This document shows, piece by piece, positions 1 to 9,921 of a stretch of DNA of 64,000 nucleotides. Position numbers and translations under genes: made by a program. Source of the DNA: Candidatus Cloacimonadales bacterium (lineage in GTDB: Bacteria; Cloacimonadota; Cloacimonadia; Cloacimonadales; JAFGVF01); NCBI GenBank assembly GCA_963667035.1, contig OY762964.1, forward strand, positions 1,376,001 through 1,440,000. The letters are read 5' to 3'. Each line of letters opens with the position of its first letter. Position 1 is the stretch's first letter. Below the pieces are notes generated by a model, which saw nothing but the letters and a program-made list of their open reading frames with translations, was not told where the DNA came from and did no database searches.

Positions 1-2
1 TT

Positions 3-701
3 CAAGACCCATATTCTCTTCGTTGTGCCCCTCAGGTTCATGGAGCAGTTAGAGACTCTCTAAAATATGTACGTAGTGTACTCGAAGTGGAAATAAATTC
101 TGCAACTGATAATCCTTTAATATTCCCTGATGAGAAAGAAGTTATATCGGGAGGTAATTTTCATGGTGAACCTCTTGCTTTTGCGTTAGATAACATGGGG
201 ATTTGTGTAAGTGAACTTGCTAATATATCGGAAAGACGTATGGAACAAATGTTTAACCCAGCACAAAATAGAGGTCTGAATGCATTCCTAGCTTCAAGAC
301 TTGGACTTGACTCAGGTTTTATGATTGCCCAGTTAACTGCTGCAAATTTGATTTCGGAGAACAAAGTACTAGCGCACCCTGGTTCAGTTGATTCTATTCC
401 TACATCAGCCAATCAAGAAGACCATGTTAGTATGGGTTCGGTTTCATCTTTGAAAGCAAGAACCATTGTAGAGAATGTTTCCTACGTTCTTGCCATAGAG
501 ATTATGGCTGGTTGTCAGGCTTTAGATGCCAGGGATTTTCCATCCTCTCCAATTATTGAAGAAATCAAATCCGAGATTAGAAAAGATGTAAAGAAAATTG
601 ATAAGGATAGATTCATGCAACCTGACATCTTGAAGATGAAAGAACTGGTTGATGGAACTACTTTATCTGATATTGTTTATAAACACTTTAAGATGAAATA
701 G
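3..701 (+). CDS. hutH: histidine ammonia-lyase, 5' part outside the window
   Basis: Frame open from nt 3 (QDPYSLRCAPQVHGA); motifs NSATDNP, SGGNFHGEP, SANQEDHVSMG typical of HAL/PAL family. Confidence 0.93.
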   Translation, partial: QDPYSLRCAPQVHGAVRDSLKYVRSVLEVEINSATDNPLIFPDEKEVISGGNFHGEPLAFALDNMGICVSELANISERRMEQMFNPAQNRGLNAFLASRLGLDSGFMIAQLTAANLISENKVLAHPGSVDSIPTSANQEDHVSMGSVSSLKARTIVENVSYVLAIEIMAGCQALDARDFPSSPIIEEIKSEIRKDVKKIDKDRFMQPDILKMKELVDGTTLSDIVYKHFKMK

Positions 702-712
702 GAAGTATAATT

Positions 713-2830
713 TTGAGAAAGAGCCTTAGAACAACCATAATAATATTAATCACTCTCATTTTGAGTGGTTGCGTTTATTTTAATACTTTTTACAATGCAA
801 AAAAGAATTATAAAACTGCAAATGAAAGAGCTCTTAATGCTCATGGGCGTCCATCTGCTCAAGCTATAAAAGAGTATAATGCAGTTATCAAGCAATGTGG
901 TAAGATTATCACAAATTATAAGGGCAGTAAATGGATGGATGATGCTGCTTTTCTTATGGCTAAGGCTCTATTTTATAAACAGACAAACCCACATAAAGCT
1001 TTAAAACAGTTTAATGAAGTAATCGATAATTTCCCAAATAGCGAGTTTACACCTGAAGCACGACTCTATGTCATGAGACTATATAGAAAGATGCATAAAG
1101 AAGAGGATTTGAACAAATATTCAACTGATTTTCTTATTGCACCTGAGAATAAAAAGTTTTACAATAAGGCTCACTTACTTATTGCAGAATTCAATCTGGA
1201 AGATAAAGAATATACAAAGGCAATGTATCATCTTGGTAAAATTCTGGATGGCGATAAGAAGAGTAATGAGTATTCAGAGGCTTTTTTGTTATTAGGTAAA
1301 GTTCATCATTTAGCCGGTGAATACCAGGAAGCTATTGATACTTTAACATCTTTATTGAAAACAAGAGCATCTGTAGATATCAAATTAGATTCCAATTACT
1401 ACCTTGCTTATAGCTACTATCATCTTAATGAGCTAAAAAAAGCAGAGAAAATTGTGGATAAGCTTATAAATAAGGAAAGTAGAGTAGAAAGAGTGCCTTA
1501 TGTGAAAATGCTTAGAGGTAGAATTAAGCTTGCTGAAGGTGATACTGATGGTTTTATTGATGATATGAAATTCATTTTAGATAATCATTCAAGAACTCTT
1601 GTTGCTGCTGAATGTTCCTTTTACCTTGGTGAATACTATCTGTATAATGCCTTTGATTATACAGAAGCAATAACATATTACAATAGAGTAAAAACAGAAT
1701 CAAGAGATTCCGAGTTTGTAGAATCAGCCATAACTAAAAGCTCTGTTGCAAGTCAGATACAATTGCTCTCTGATCCTGATAGGCAATTGAATCCAAAAAC
1801 TCTTGTTGATGAGCAATTTAAATTAGCTGAATACTTTATAAATATAATGAATATGCCTGACTCCGCTTTAGTTGTTTACGATAATATAATTGAAACAGAG
1901 AAAACTATTGAGTTAAAACTTGATACTCTTAGGCTGGAGTTAGAAAAAAGTAGGCAGGAATTTATTGATTATCAAGATTCTTTAAGAACTGCACAGATTG
2001 ATACACTAGTTATTAATGATTCAACTTATACTGATACTACTATTACGGATACTTCTCTTGTTGAAACTACTGTTGCAGACTCAGTCGAGGTTGAGGAGTC
2101 AAAGTTCGAAAATAGTTCAGTTTATAACACTGTTTATTCACAAATTCTCAACCTGGAAAGTACTCTAGATGAATTCCATCGTCAAATTCTTCCATTTACT
2201 TATTTTGTGAAATCATGGATTTATTTTCAAGTTAAATCGGATACAGTGGAAGCTCATAATATTTACAATGAGTTGAGTACCCTTTACAAAGATAATGAAT
2301 ATACTTATGCTTGCAGTTTAATGCTTAGTGGAGAGATTCCTGATTTACAGTCCCCTAAGCAAAAAGAAGATTTACTGAAATATGATACAGCAGTAAATTT
2401 GATGTATAGTAATCCTGATTCTTCTCTATCTATTTTATCAGAATTTACAAATCATCCGGAGTCTCACTTTTATTTCAAAGCTCTATATACTTCAGGATAT
2501 ATTAACAAGTTTGTTTTAAACGATACATTATCAGCTAAAACATTCTTTGATAAGTTGTTAGAAGAAGACTACGAAGACTTGTATAGAGTTAACATCAGAA
2601 CCTTCTATCAGGATGGAGAATTTGTTAGAAAAGAAGTTGAAGCAGTTGCAGATACTACTATAATTGAGACACAAACCTCCACCGATAGCTTAATTACAGT
2701 TGATGGAGAATTGCAAGATTCTGTTTCAACTGTTATTGATGAAGATCCTATTGAAGTAAATACTGATGATTTTGAAGAGATTGAAGATAAGGGTTTAGTT
2801 AGGGATAAAGAATCAGAAATAAAAGAGTAG
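713..2830 (+). CDS. TPR-repeat lipoprotein (BamD/SprE-like N-terminus)
   Basis: Lipobox LSGC, YFNTFYNAKK, many TPR-like helical repeats, acidic low-complexity C-terminus. Confidence 0.75.
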   Translation: MRKSLRTTIIILITLILSGCVYFNTFYNAKKNYKTANERALNAHGRPSAQAIKEYNAVIKQCGKIITNYKGSKWMDDAAFLMAKALFYKQTNPHKALKQFNEVIDNFPNSEFTPEARLYVMRLYRKMHKEEDLNKYSTDFLIAPENKKFYNKAHLLIAEFNLEDKEYTKAMYHLGKILDGDKKSNEYSEAFLLLGKVHHLAGEYQEAIDTLTSLLKTRASVDIKLDSNYYLAYSYYHLNELKKAEKIVDKLINKESRVERVPYVKMLRGRIKLAEGDTDGFIDDMKFILDNHSRTLVAAECSFYLGEYYLYNAFDYTEAITYYNRVKTESRDSEFVESAITKSSVASQIQLLSDPDRQLNPKTLVDEQFKLAEYFINIMNMPDSALVVYDNIIETEKTIELKLDTLRLELEKSRQEFIDYQDSLRTAQIDTLVINDSTYTDTTITDTSLVETTVADSVEVEESKFENSSVYNTVYSQILNLESTLDEFHRQILPFTYFVKSWIYFQVKSDTVEAHNIYNELSTLYKDNEYTYACSLMLSGEIPDLQSPKQKEDLLKYDTAVNLMYSNPDSSLSILSEFTNHPESHFYFKALYTSGYINKFVLNDTLSAKTFFDKLLEEDYEDLYRVNIRTFYQDGEFVRKEVEAVADTTIIETQTSTDSLITVDGELQDSVSTVIDEDPIEVNTDDFEEIEDKGLVRDKESEIKE

Positions 2831-3520
2831 ATGCTTAAGAAATCTCGGAAGCTAACAAGAGAGAACTCGTTTCTTAAAATTGCACTTGTTTTGATATCTA
2901 TTATATTAACAGTGATTTTAAAGGATTATAGAATCGTACTTTGTCAATCAGCTCTATTTCTCTTGTTTCAGTTTGATTACTTATTAATAACTAATTGGCT
3001 TAAAATCCTTAGAAAGCTTATTCCTTTCTTTCTAACATATCACTTGATGGCTATTATGTTTAGCATAGAATATCCGATTCAGATACTCTTTTCAAGTAAG
3101 CTTATATATCTTTCGTTGCTATCTGATTATCTGTTCACTGCATTTGATATTTATTCATTGTTATCTCATCTCGAAAGGTTTCGGTTTAGAAGGAGTTTCT
3201 TAAGTTCTATCAAGTTCATAGTTCTGTGTAATTCTTTTATTTCTGAGTTTGTTACAGTTAACAGAAACCTGGTTATGAGCTTGAAAACAAAGAGTATTGC
3301 ATCCGTACTGTATACTCTATCCGAAGCATTTAGTATTGTTTGGAATGATAAAGAAAGGATTGAGATTGAAGTTGAGAATCAACTTAATCAATCATATACT
3401 CCTTTAAAACAAGATATTCTATCAAACATATCAGTAATATTACTGATAATACAATCAACCCTCTTAACTACCCATATATTATTTAATTATGCAAAGATAC
3501 TTAGTACAATTAGCCTATGA
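2831..3520 (+). CDS. membrane protein, possibly a divergent EcfT/CbiQ-like component
   Basis: Several hydrophobic segments; starts right after the upstream stop and overlaps truA; ecfT-truA adjacency is common elsewhere. Confidence 0.5.
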   Translation: MLKKSRKLTRENSFLKIALVLISIILTVILKDYRIVLCQSALFLLFQFDYLLITNWLKILRKLIPFFLTYHLMAIMFSIEYPIQILFSSKLIYLSLLSDYLFTAFDIYSLLSHLERFRFRRSFLSSIKFIVLCNSFISEFVTVNRNLVMSLKTKSIASVLYTLSEAFSIVWNDKERIEIEVENQLNQSYTPLKQDILSNISVILLIIQSTLLTTHILFNYAKILSTISL

Positions 3521-4268
3521 TGGAAGTGCCTTCCATGGATGGCAAAGACAGAAGAATGCTTATTCTGTCCAAGAATCGGTAGAGAACGCTCTCAGTAAAA
3601 TTGCAAAATGCAATATACAGATAACAGGCTCAGGAAGAACTGATACCGGAGTACATGCCACATGCCAGTTTGCTCATTTTGACTTTCCTTATGATATACC
3701 TGTAGAAAGATTTAAAATGGCCTTAATCACAGCATTGGATAATCATTATGTAAGACCTCTTAAATTCTGGAAAGTACCTTCAGATTTTAATTCAAGATAC
3801 AACGCCTATGAAAGAACTTATAATTATATAATAACCCTAGAGCGAAATCCTTTTAATGTTAAATACAAAAGCTTCCTTCCTCATCATAATCTTGATATGG
3901 AACTAATAGAAAAGTCTATTCCTTTCTTTATAGGTAAGCATGATTTTAGTTCATTCTCGAAACCAAACCCACAAATTTCCAATACATTTTGTGATATTAA
4001 AAAATTGGTAGTTCGAACTCAGGATAATAATATTATTTTTACTATTAGTGCGAATAGATTTTTACATAATATGGTCCGAAGAATAATAGGTTGTGTTTCA
4101 ACCATATCTCACCACAAGTTAAATCCGGAGATTATTGCATCATATTTTGATACCGGCAAAGGTGACCAAAAGGTACTCTTTACAGCACCGCCATGTGGAT
4201 TATACCTTACGAATGTAAAGTATGAAAATTACGATTTAGATCCTGTTGTAATAGATTTGTTTTGTTAA
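3489..4268 (+). CDS. truA: tRNA pseudouridine(38-40) synthase
   Basis: YDGSAFHGWQRQ, GSGRTDTGVHA, FLHNMVRRIIG, TAPPCGLYL motifs. Confidence 0.96.
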   Translation: MQRYLVQLAYDGSAFHGWQRQKNAYSVQESVENALSKIAKCNIQITGSGRTDTGVHATCQFAHFDFPYDIPVERFKMALITALDNHYVRPLKFWKVPSDFNSRYNAYERTYNYIITLERNPFNVKYKSFLPHHNLDMELIEKSIPFFIGKHDFSSFSKPNPQISNTFCDIKKLVVRTQDNNIIFTISANRFLHNMVRRIIGCVSTISHHKLNPEIIASYFDTGKGDQKVLFTAPPCGLYLTNVKYENYDLDPVVIDLFC

Positions 4269-4544
4269 TTTAGATTAATTAACATGTTCAATTATTTATT
4301 GAACAATACCTCATTATCACACTGCATGAATCATGCTCATTTTTTATTCATGCCATAAACATTGATGAATACAGGCTTTAAATGTCATCATTTGCATAAA
4401 TTAATTTCAATTTTTACTTGCCATAATTCTTACTATAACGTAAATGTGGTTCTTATAGGAAAGAAAAATGGAATAATGTTAAATATCCCTCTACGCTATA
4501 ATTCTATCTAAGTAATTGTGGTGTACAAATATAAAGGAGTAAGA

Positions 4545-5117
4545 ATGGATAGAAAAGACGAAATCTTACAGGCCGCTGAGACCGTGTTTGTACGTTACGG
4601 ATTTGCTAAGGCTACTCTTGAAGACGTTGCTTATGAAATTGGTTTAAGAAAAACTGCAATTTATTATTACTTTGAAAACAGAGATCACCTTTTCGGGGAG
4701 ATGCTTGCTAACAAATATGCAGGTTTAAGAAAAGATGTTACTGACAAAGTTGCCAAAGCTACTACTTTTGAAAAAAAATTAGAAGCTTTCTTTATGACTA
4801 AATATGAGCAAGTAATTGAAGAGCCGGCTTTTAGTGAAATCTTTAAGATAAGTAACTTACCCAATAAACACCGTAAATTGTTGGAAAAGGAAAAGAATCT
4901 TAACGTTGAATTTGAAAAAGAAATCATCAATCAGATTTATGAAGTTGGAACAGAAGCTAATTTGGTTAAAGATATAACCGTTAACTCTATGTACCTTCTT
5001 ATTTCCGGTATTCTTTACAGAATTATGGATGCTGACATTGTCAGAGATCGTAAATTTAATCTTGATAAGAGTGTTAAACAAGCATTTACAGTTGTTTTAA
5101 ATGGAATCCTTGAGTAA
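4545..5117 (+). CDS. TetR/AcrR family transcriptional regulator
   Basis: N-terminal HTH (ILQAAETVFVRYGFAKATLEDVAYEIGLRKTAIYYYF); ATG at 4545 follows AAAGGAG RBS. Confidence 0.92.
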   Translation: MDRKDEILQAAETVFVRYGFAKATLEDVAYEIGLRKTAIYYYFENRDHLFGEMLANKYAGLRKDVTDKVAKATTFEKKLEAFFMTKYEQVIEEPAFSEIFKISNLPNKHRKLLEKEKNLNVEFEKEIINQIYEVGTEANLVKDITVNSMYLLISGILYRIMDADIVRDRKFNLDKSVKQAFTVVLNGILE

Positions 5118-5139
5118 ACTATTATGATAGGTTATCAAT

Positions 5140-5167
5140 GAAGGGAGGAAACTCCCTTCTTTTTTTT
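5140..5167 (+). terminator. Rho-independent terminator after tetR
   Basis: GAAGGGAG-GAAA-CTCCCTTC hairpin followed by a T tract. Confidence 0.88.
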
Positions 5168-5352
5168 CCTCTTTTACTTCAAATCTTGGGAAGATATATT
5201 ACCTTCCATCCTCAATTTCTTTAACTCCTCTGAGTTTTAATACTTCACTATAACATAATGCTGTTTTCTGTTTCATTTCTGTAAAACATTATATCTATTC
5301 TATGCACTTTGTATCCACTTCGTTTAGGACGCCATAGGATTTCTGCTTAAAT

Positions 5353-5624
5353 TATCCCTCCACCCCCACGTTACTCCCATGAGTAATACTGACTCAATCT
5401 TTACTCATCTCTTACTCAACACCTACTCAAAACATGATTTTGGAGTTGGAATTCAGTAAGATATTTGGGAGTGTTGTATCTCAATTCTGTCTATGTTGCT
5501 CAAGTGCATAACGGGAGATAATCTTGAATAAAAAATGCAAAATGAGAAAAGATAAATGAAGAGATAAGATAATGATTTTTCAACAGTACCTTCGTAATGG
5601 TGGAGTTTGCGAATCCTTACGAAT
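5353..5624. repeat. dispersed palindromic intergenic element with 11-bp phased ACTCA units, copy 1
   Basis: First 168 bp align without gaps to 46438-46605 (16 mismatches by eye); similarity continues to GTACCTTCGTAATGG...GAATCCT; ACTCA at 5392, 5403, 5414, 5425. Confidence 0.9.
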
Positions 5625-5673
5625 GGTTCACTACAAGGGAACTAACTAGGACTTATGTCGCAATTTCATGCAT

Positions 5674-6435
5674 CTACTCACTTTGAGCCTGTTTCTCGTT
5701 ACATTTTACATCTTCCAATAATAATTCAAGGAAGGGAAGCATCCTCTTCAAGCCACCTGCATTGATTATTATATTCCAGAAACTCTCAAATTTTTTCCAG
5801 CCACCTGTGTAAATTAAATGCTTCATTTGGTGCTTCACAGAATCATGTCCCAATGATGATTTGAGTATATTACTCCATTTGTAGAACTCCAGATAAGCCC
5901 ACTGATAGCCCTGCTGTAGTTCGGTGGCAGAAAGGCTTAATGTTTTGTATACGACATGTCGTGTGTCATATAAATCCCAATCATTAGTGAGGATTCTTCC
6001 ACTATCTTTCATTGTCTGATATAGCCTTGTACCCGGATATGGTGTCAGAATATGGTACGTAGCAGTTACGATTGAGTTATTCAGTCCCCAATCGACGGTT
6101 CTCTTGAATACATCCATATCATCACTATCAAGTCCGAAAACAAAACTACCGTTTATCTTAATTCCCAAATCATGTAGTCTTTTGGTAGCTTTTTCATAAT
6201 CCAGTTCTAGATTTTGGCTCTTATTGCTCTGCTTTAAATTCTCAGGTGAGAAAGTCTCAAATCCCACAAACAGGCTTTTGAGTCCGGCATTAGCTGCTTT
6301 TTCAATTAAATCACTCTCCAGTACAGATTTCACAGTAGCGGCTCCCTGGAATACACGACCCATTCCTTTCATTCCTGCGAAGAGCTCATTTGCTAGTTTA
6401 GGATTCCCGAATAGATGATCATCAAGGAAATATAT
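5674..6435 (-). pseudogene. C-terminal remnant of a B12-binding-type radical SAM protein
   Basis: Frame reads YFLDDHLFG...LKSLFVGFET...GSFVFGLDSD...LTPYPGTRLY; in-frame TAG near 6457 upstream; CxxxCxxC and B12 domain absent. Confidence 0.8.
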
Positions 6436-6780
6436 TTTTATATCTATTTTTGATTTCTATTACTCTAATATACATTACTAATCTTTCATAGTTGTATAAT
6501 TATTTGGTGTATAGTAACATAGCATAAACAGATTGACAATAGCACCCAATAAATTATTAACTAATTGTGACTTGCAAGAAAATATCACTAGATACTAAAA
6601 TATGAAAACTCTAATCTTACTAAATTGAGTCAAGTAAAAACAACCAGCTTAGCTCAATGCAATGCAAATAGTTCTTTTTCTCAAGTTTCAGATTAACATC
6701 AGCACTTAAGTCTTCTAGTCTGAGAAGAATTCAAGCATGTAACTTTTCAAAGTACTGTTCCTTTTTAGGGTAACCTATCC

Positions 6781-6908
6781 AGGACAGTACAAGGACAGTA
6801 CACTCGATCTACCAACGCACTGAATTTGCACTGTGCAACCACTGTGAACGCACTATCCACGTGCTGAAACACCGGGTTCACAGTGCGTGCACAGTGGAAA
6901 AACAGTGC
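6781..6908. repeat. 11-bp phased CACTG/CAGTG array forming an imperfect inverted repeat
   Basis: AGGACAGTACA x2 at 6781; CACT(G/A) at 6818, 6829, 6840, 6851; CAGTG at 6881, 6892, 6903; arms 6828-6855 and 6881-6908 match 22/28. Confidence 0.85.
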
Positions 6909-7182
6909 GATGATCGTACTTTAGTAATTCCTTTAAACAATATCATCAGTGAGTTGGATGAAACAAAAAGAATATGAATTGCATAAAAACAATGTACATT
7001 CTTCTCAGTATATGCTTAGGTAACTAAATGGTCTGAAATTACCTTCTGCGAATTGTATCAATATAATTATAGTTAGATTTCTTTATAATATCTACTCGCA
7101 TATCACCAATATATAATAACTATTTTCTTGACTTAACAACATTCAGTGATTTCTTTTTCAGAATCAATATTAAGGAATTTCA

Positions 7183-8238
7183 ATGATACATAGAAAAATG
7201 ACTAAACAAATAACTGTTGGTGATGTACCAATTGGAGGATTGTCTCCAATTTCGATACAATCAATGACCAACACAAAGACTTCAGATGTTGAAAAAACAC
7301 TAAAACAGATTATTGAACTGGAAGAAGCAGGATGCGAAATAGTCAGATGTGCAGTTCCTGACACTGAATCAGCTAAAGCAATATCTCTGATAAAAGAGAA
7401 AATCAACATTCCTCTAATTGCAGATATACATTTTGATTATAAACTGGCTCTACAATCTATAGATGCAGGTATAGACGGGTTAAGAATAAATCCTGGAAAC
7501 ATTGGAAGTGCAAACAAAGTTAAAGAAGTCGTTACTGCGGCTCAACAGAACTCTGTACCTATTAGAATCGGGGTAAATGCCGGTTCATTAGATAAAAATC
7601 TTTTAAACAAGTATGGTGTGTGTGCAGAAAGCTTAGTAAAATCGGCTTTGGAACATGTAAAAATCCTTGAAAGCTTATCCTTCTATGATACAAAGATTTC
7701 AGTGAAGAGTTCAGATTTAAACATCATGATTGAGAGCTATCGTCTCCTAAGTAACACAGTAGACTATCCCCTCCATCTTGGAGTGACCGAGGCCGGAACA
7801 TATCTATCAGCTACAGTAAAATCATCAATCGGAATGGGAGTGTTACTGAAAGAAGGTATTGGCGATACTATAAGAGTATCTCTTACAGGAAATCCGGTTG
7901 ACGAAGTTATGATAGCCAAAACTATACTAAAATCCTTGGATTTGAGAAAAGGGTTACAAATCATATCATGTCCAACATGCGGAAGAACAAACATCGACTT
8001 AATATCTCTAGCAAACAAAGTAGAGAAGGCACTTCTTCCCTATTCTGACCTTGATATTAAAGTAGCAGTTATGGGATGTGTCGTGAACGGTCCGGGGGAA
8101 GCCAAGGAAGCTGATTTCGGTATTGCAGGAGGAAATGGAGAAGGTCTACTATTCAAAAAAGGAGAAATTCTTTGTAAACTCCCTGAAGAAAAGCTTTTAC
8201 CTGAATTAATAAAGCTGATTGACAATAGTATTAAATGA
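7183..8238 (+). CDS. ispG: 4-hydroxy-3-methylbut-2-en-1-yl diphosphate synthase
   Basis: IQSMTNTKT, ADIHFDY, RINPGNIG, HLGVTEAG, SCPTCGR, MGCVVNGPGEA. Confidence 0.97.
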   Translation: MIHRKMTKQITVGDVPIGGLSPISIQSMTNTKTSDVEKTLKQIIELEEAGCEIVRCAVPDTESAKAISLIKEKINIPLIADIHFDYKLALQSIDAGIDGLRINPGNIGSANKVKEVVTAAQQNSVPIRIGVNAGSLDKNLLNKYGVCAESLVKSALEHVKILESLSFYDTKISVKSSDLNIMIESYRLLSNTVDYPLHLGVTEAGTYLSATVKSSIGMGVLLKEGIGDTIRVSLTGNPVDEVMIAKTILKSLDLRKGLQIISCPTCGRTNIDLISLANKVEKALLPYSDLDIKVAVMGCVVNGPGEAKEADFGIAGGNGEGLLFKKGEILCKLPEEKLLPELIKLIDNSIK

Positions 8239-9914
8239 TTCGTAAATTATATCTATCTATCATCATTCTAATACTCTCAACTTATATATATTGCATAACA
8301 ATAAACAGCATATCTTTTGAAGGAAATGAGATTGTTATAGATAAGGAATTAGAGAAAATTGTTAAATCCAAGAAGGGAGACAATTTCTCTTACGATAGTA
8401 TAATTGATGATATGGAGCGAATAGCTGACTATTACAAGTCAAAACATCTATATCTAACAGAGATTGCTCTTCCTGAAGTTCTCCAACATTCAAGCAATTC
8501 AGTAAATATAGTATTTCATATTAGCAATGAAAGAAGAATGCTTGTTAATGAGGTTGAATTCATTGGGAATCACTATTTCTCTGACTCAAAACTGAAAGAG
8601 ATATTACATCTAAGCTTTCCAATTGAGTTATCTCAGATAAACAGTATACTTCAGCAGTTATCCGATATCTACTTAAACAGAAACTATCTTTTTATTAACA
8701 CTTCAGTGCACGAGCTCATTGAAACCGGAGCAGGATATAAAGTAGTTATCGATATTGATGAAGGCAAACCATGCCATTTTACGAATTTTTCTTTTAGAGG
8801 AAACAAGATAACTAAAGACAAGATTCTTTTAAAAATATCAGGGCTTTCGACCGATAGAACTCTTACACCTGATGTATTTGAACAAGCTTCTGAGAATGTA
8901 AGAAAAAAAGAATATATCAAAACCTGTGATATCTATCCTATAAACGATAAGACACTACTCTTTGACGTTGTTGAAGATAAAATGACTTATTTTTCCGGAT
9001 TAGCGGGTTATGATAACTCTGAAGATAAGAAAAACAGATTTAGTGGTTATTTAAATTTTAAGTTCTTAAATCTGTTCGGCACAGATAGAAATCTTAATTT
9101 TAACTGGGAACAATACCCCAGTGATTACAGTAAACTGAATCTATTTTATGAAGACTCAGGTCCGATTAACATACCTATCGGGGGCTCGCTAAGCTTAACA
9201 AGAATTGAGCAGGACTCAACATACATTGATACCGGTGTTACAACTGAACTATATTACTATAATCTAAAGAACAAGTATGGTATTGAATTTAGTTTTTCGG
9301 ATATTACTGCCGGTTCCAGAAGACCAATATTAATACAACCTGAGAAACAGTACTCTGCCGGTGTTTTCTGGAATTACTCCGATGTTGATTACTATATTAA
9401 TCCGACTAATGGAATGGATTTTAATGTTAGATTTAGATTTACAAATGTAATAGCAGACTCTTCCTCAACCAATAGAGAGCATACGGAAATTAGTTGGAAC
9501 AACTACGAAGAAATCATTAAATACTTTGTAATGAAAGTAGGAATAAGCGGGAACTATGTTACTGATCATAATGTAGAAATTTATAATCAATATCAAATGG
9601 GTGGATTTAATAGTTTGAGAGGTTTTACAGAAAACAGATTTAACGGTTTCTTTACCGGTTGGTCAAGTTTGGAGCTAAGATACCTTTTAAACAGAGATTC
9701 TCGAATTCATCTATTCTTCGACTATGGTGTACTAATGTATCAGGATGTGCTTGAAGAAAAGTCTCAATACAACTTGATAGGTACCGGATTAGGTATTAGA
9801 TTAAAGACAGCCGTTGGTCTGTTAGGAATAGACTACGCTCTTGGTTACGATTCACAAGAGTGGACATCCCCAATGAACGGTATGCTGCATTTCGGATTTG
9901 AAACTAAATTCTAG
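8235..9914 (+). CDS. Omp85 (BamA/TamA-like) outer membrane protein with POTRA domains
   Basis: Signal peptide, POTRA-like ISFEGN/VEFIGN/FSFRGN repeats, NLFGT, GGFNSLRGF, C-terminal Phe. Confidence 0.85.
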   Translation: MIRKLYLSIIILILSTYIYCITINSISFEGNEIVIDKELEKIVKSKKGDNFSYDSIIDDMERIADYYKSKHLYLTEIALPEVLQHSSNSVNIVFHISNERRMLVNEVEFIGNHYFSDSKLKEILHLSFPIELSQINSILQQLSDIYLNRNYLFINTSVHELIETGAGYKVVIDIDEGKPCHFTNFSFRGNKITKDKILLKISGLSTDRTLTPDVFEQASENVRKKEYIKTCDIYPINDKTLLFDVVEDKMTYFSGLAGYDNSEDKKNRFSGYLNFKFLNLFGTDRNLNFNWEQYPSDYSKLNLFYEDSGPINIPIGGSLSLTRIEQDSTYIDTGVTTELYYYNLKNKYGIEFSFSDITAGSRRPILIQPEKQYSAGVFWNYSDVDYYINPTNGMDFNVRFRFTNVIADSSSTNREHTEISWNNYEEIIKYFVMKVGISGNYVTDHNVEIYNQYQMGGFNSLRGFTENRFNGFFTGWSSLELRYLLNRDSRIHLFFDYGVLMYQDVLEEKSQYNLIGTGLGIRLKTAVGLLGIDYALGYDSQEWTSPMNGMLHFGFETKF

Positions 9915-9921
9915 GAGAATT

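Noticed and set aside
4285..4336. Short palindromes upstream of tetR as its operator
   Set aside because: More than 200 bp from the start codon, short and AT-rich; could be a terminator or chance
5353..6908. Phased repeats as a CRISPR array
   Set aside because: Units are 11 bp with 5-bp cores, there are no unique spacers of about 30 bp, and no cas genes are in the window
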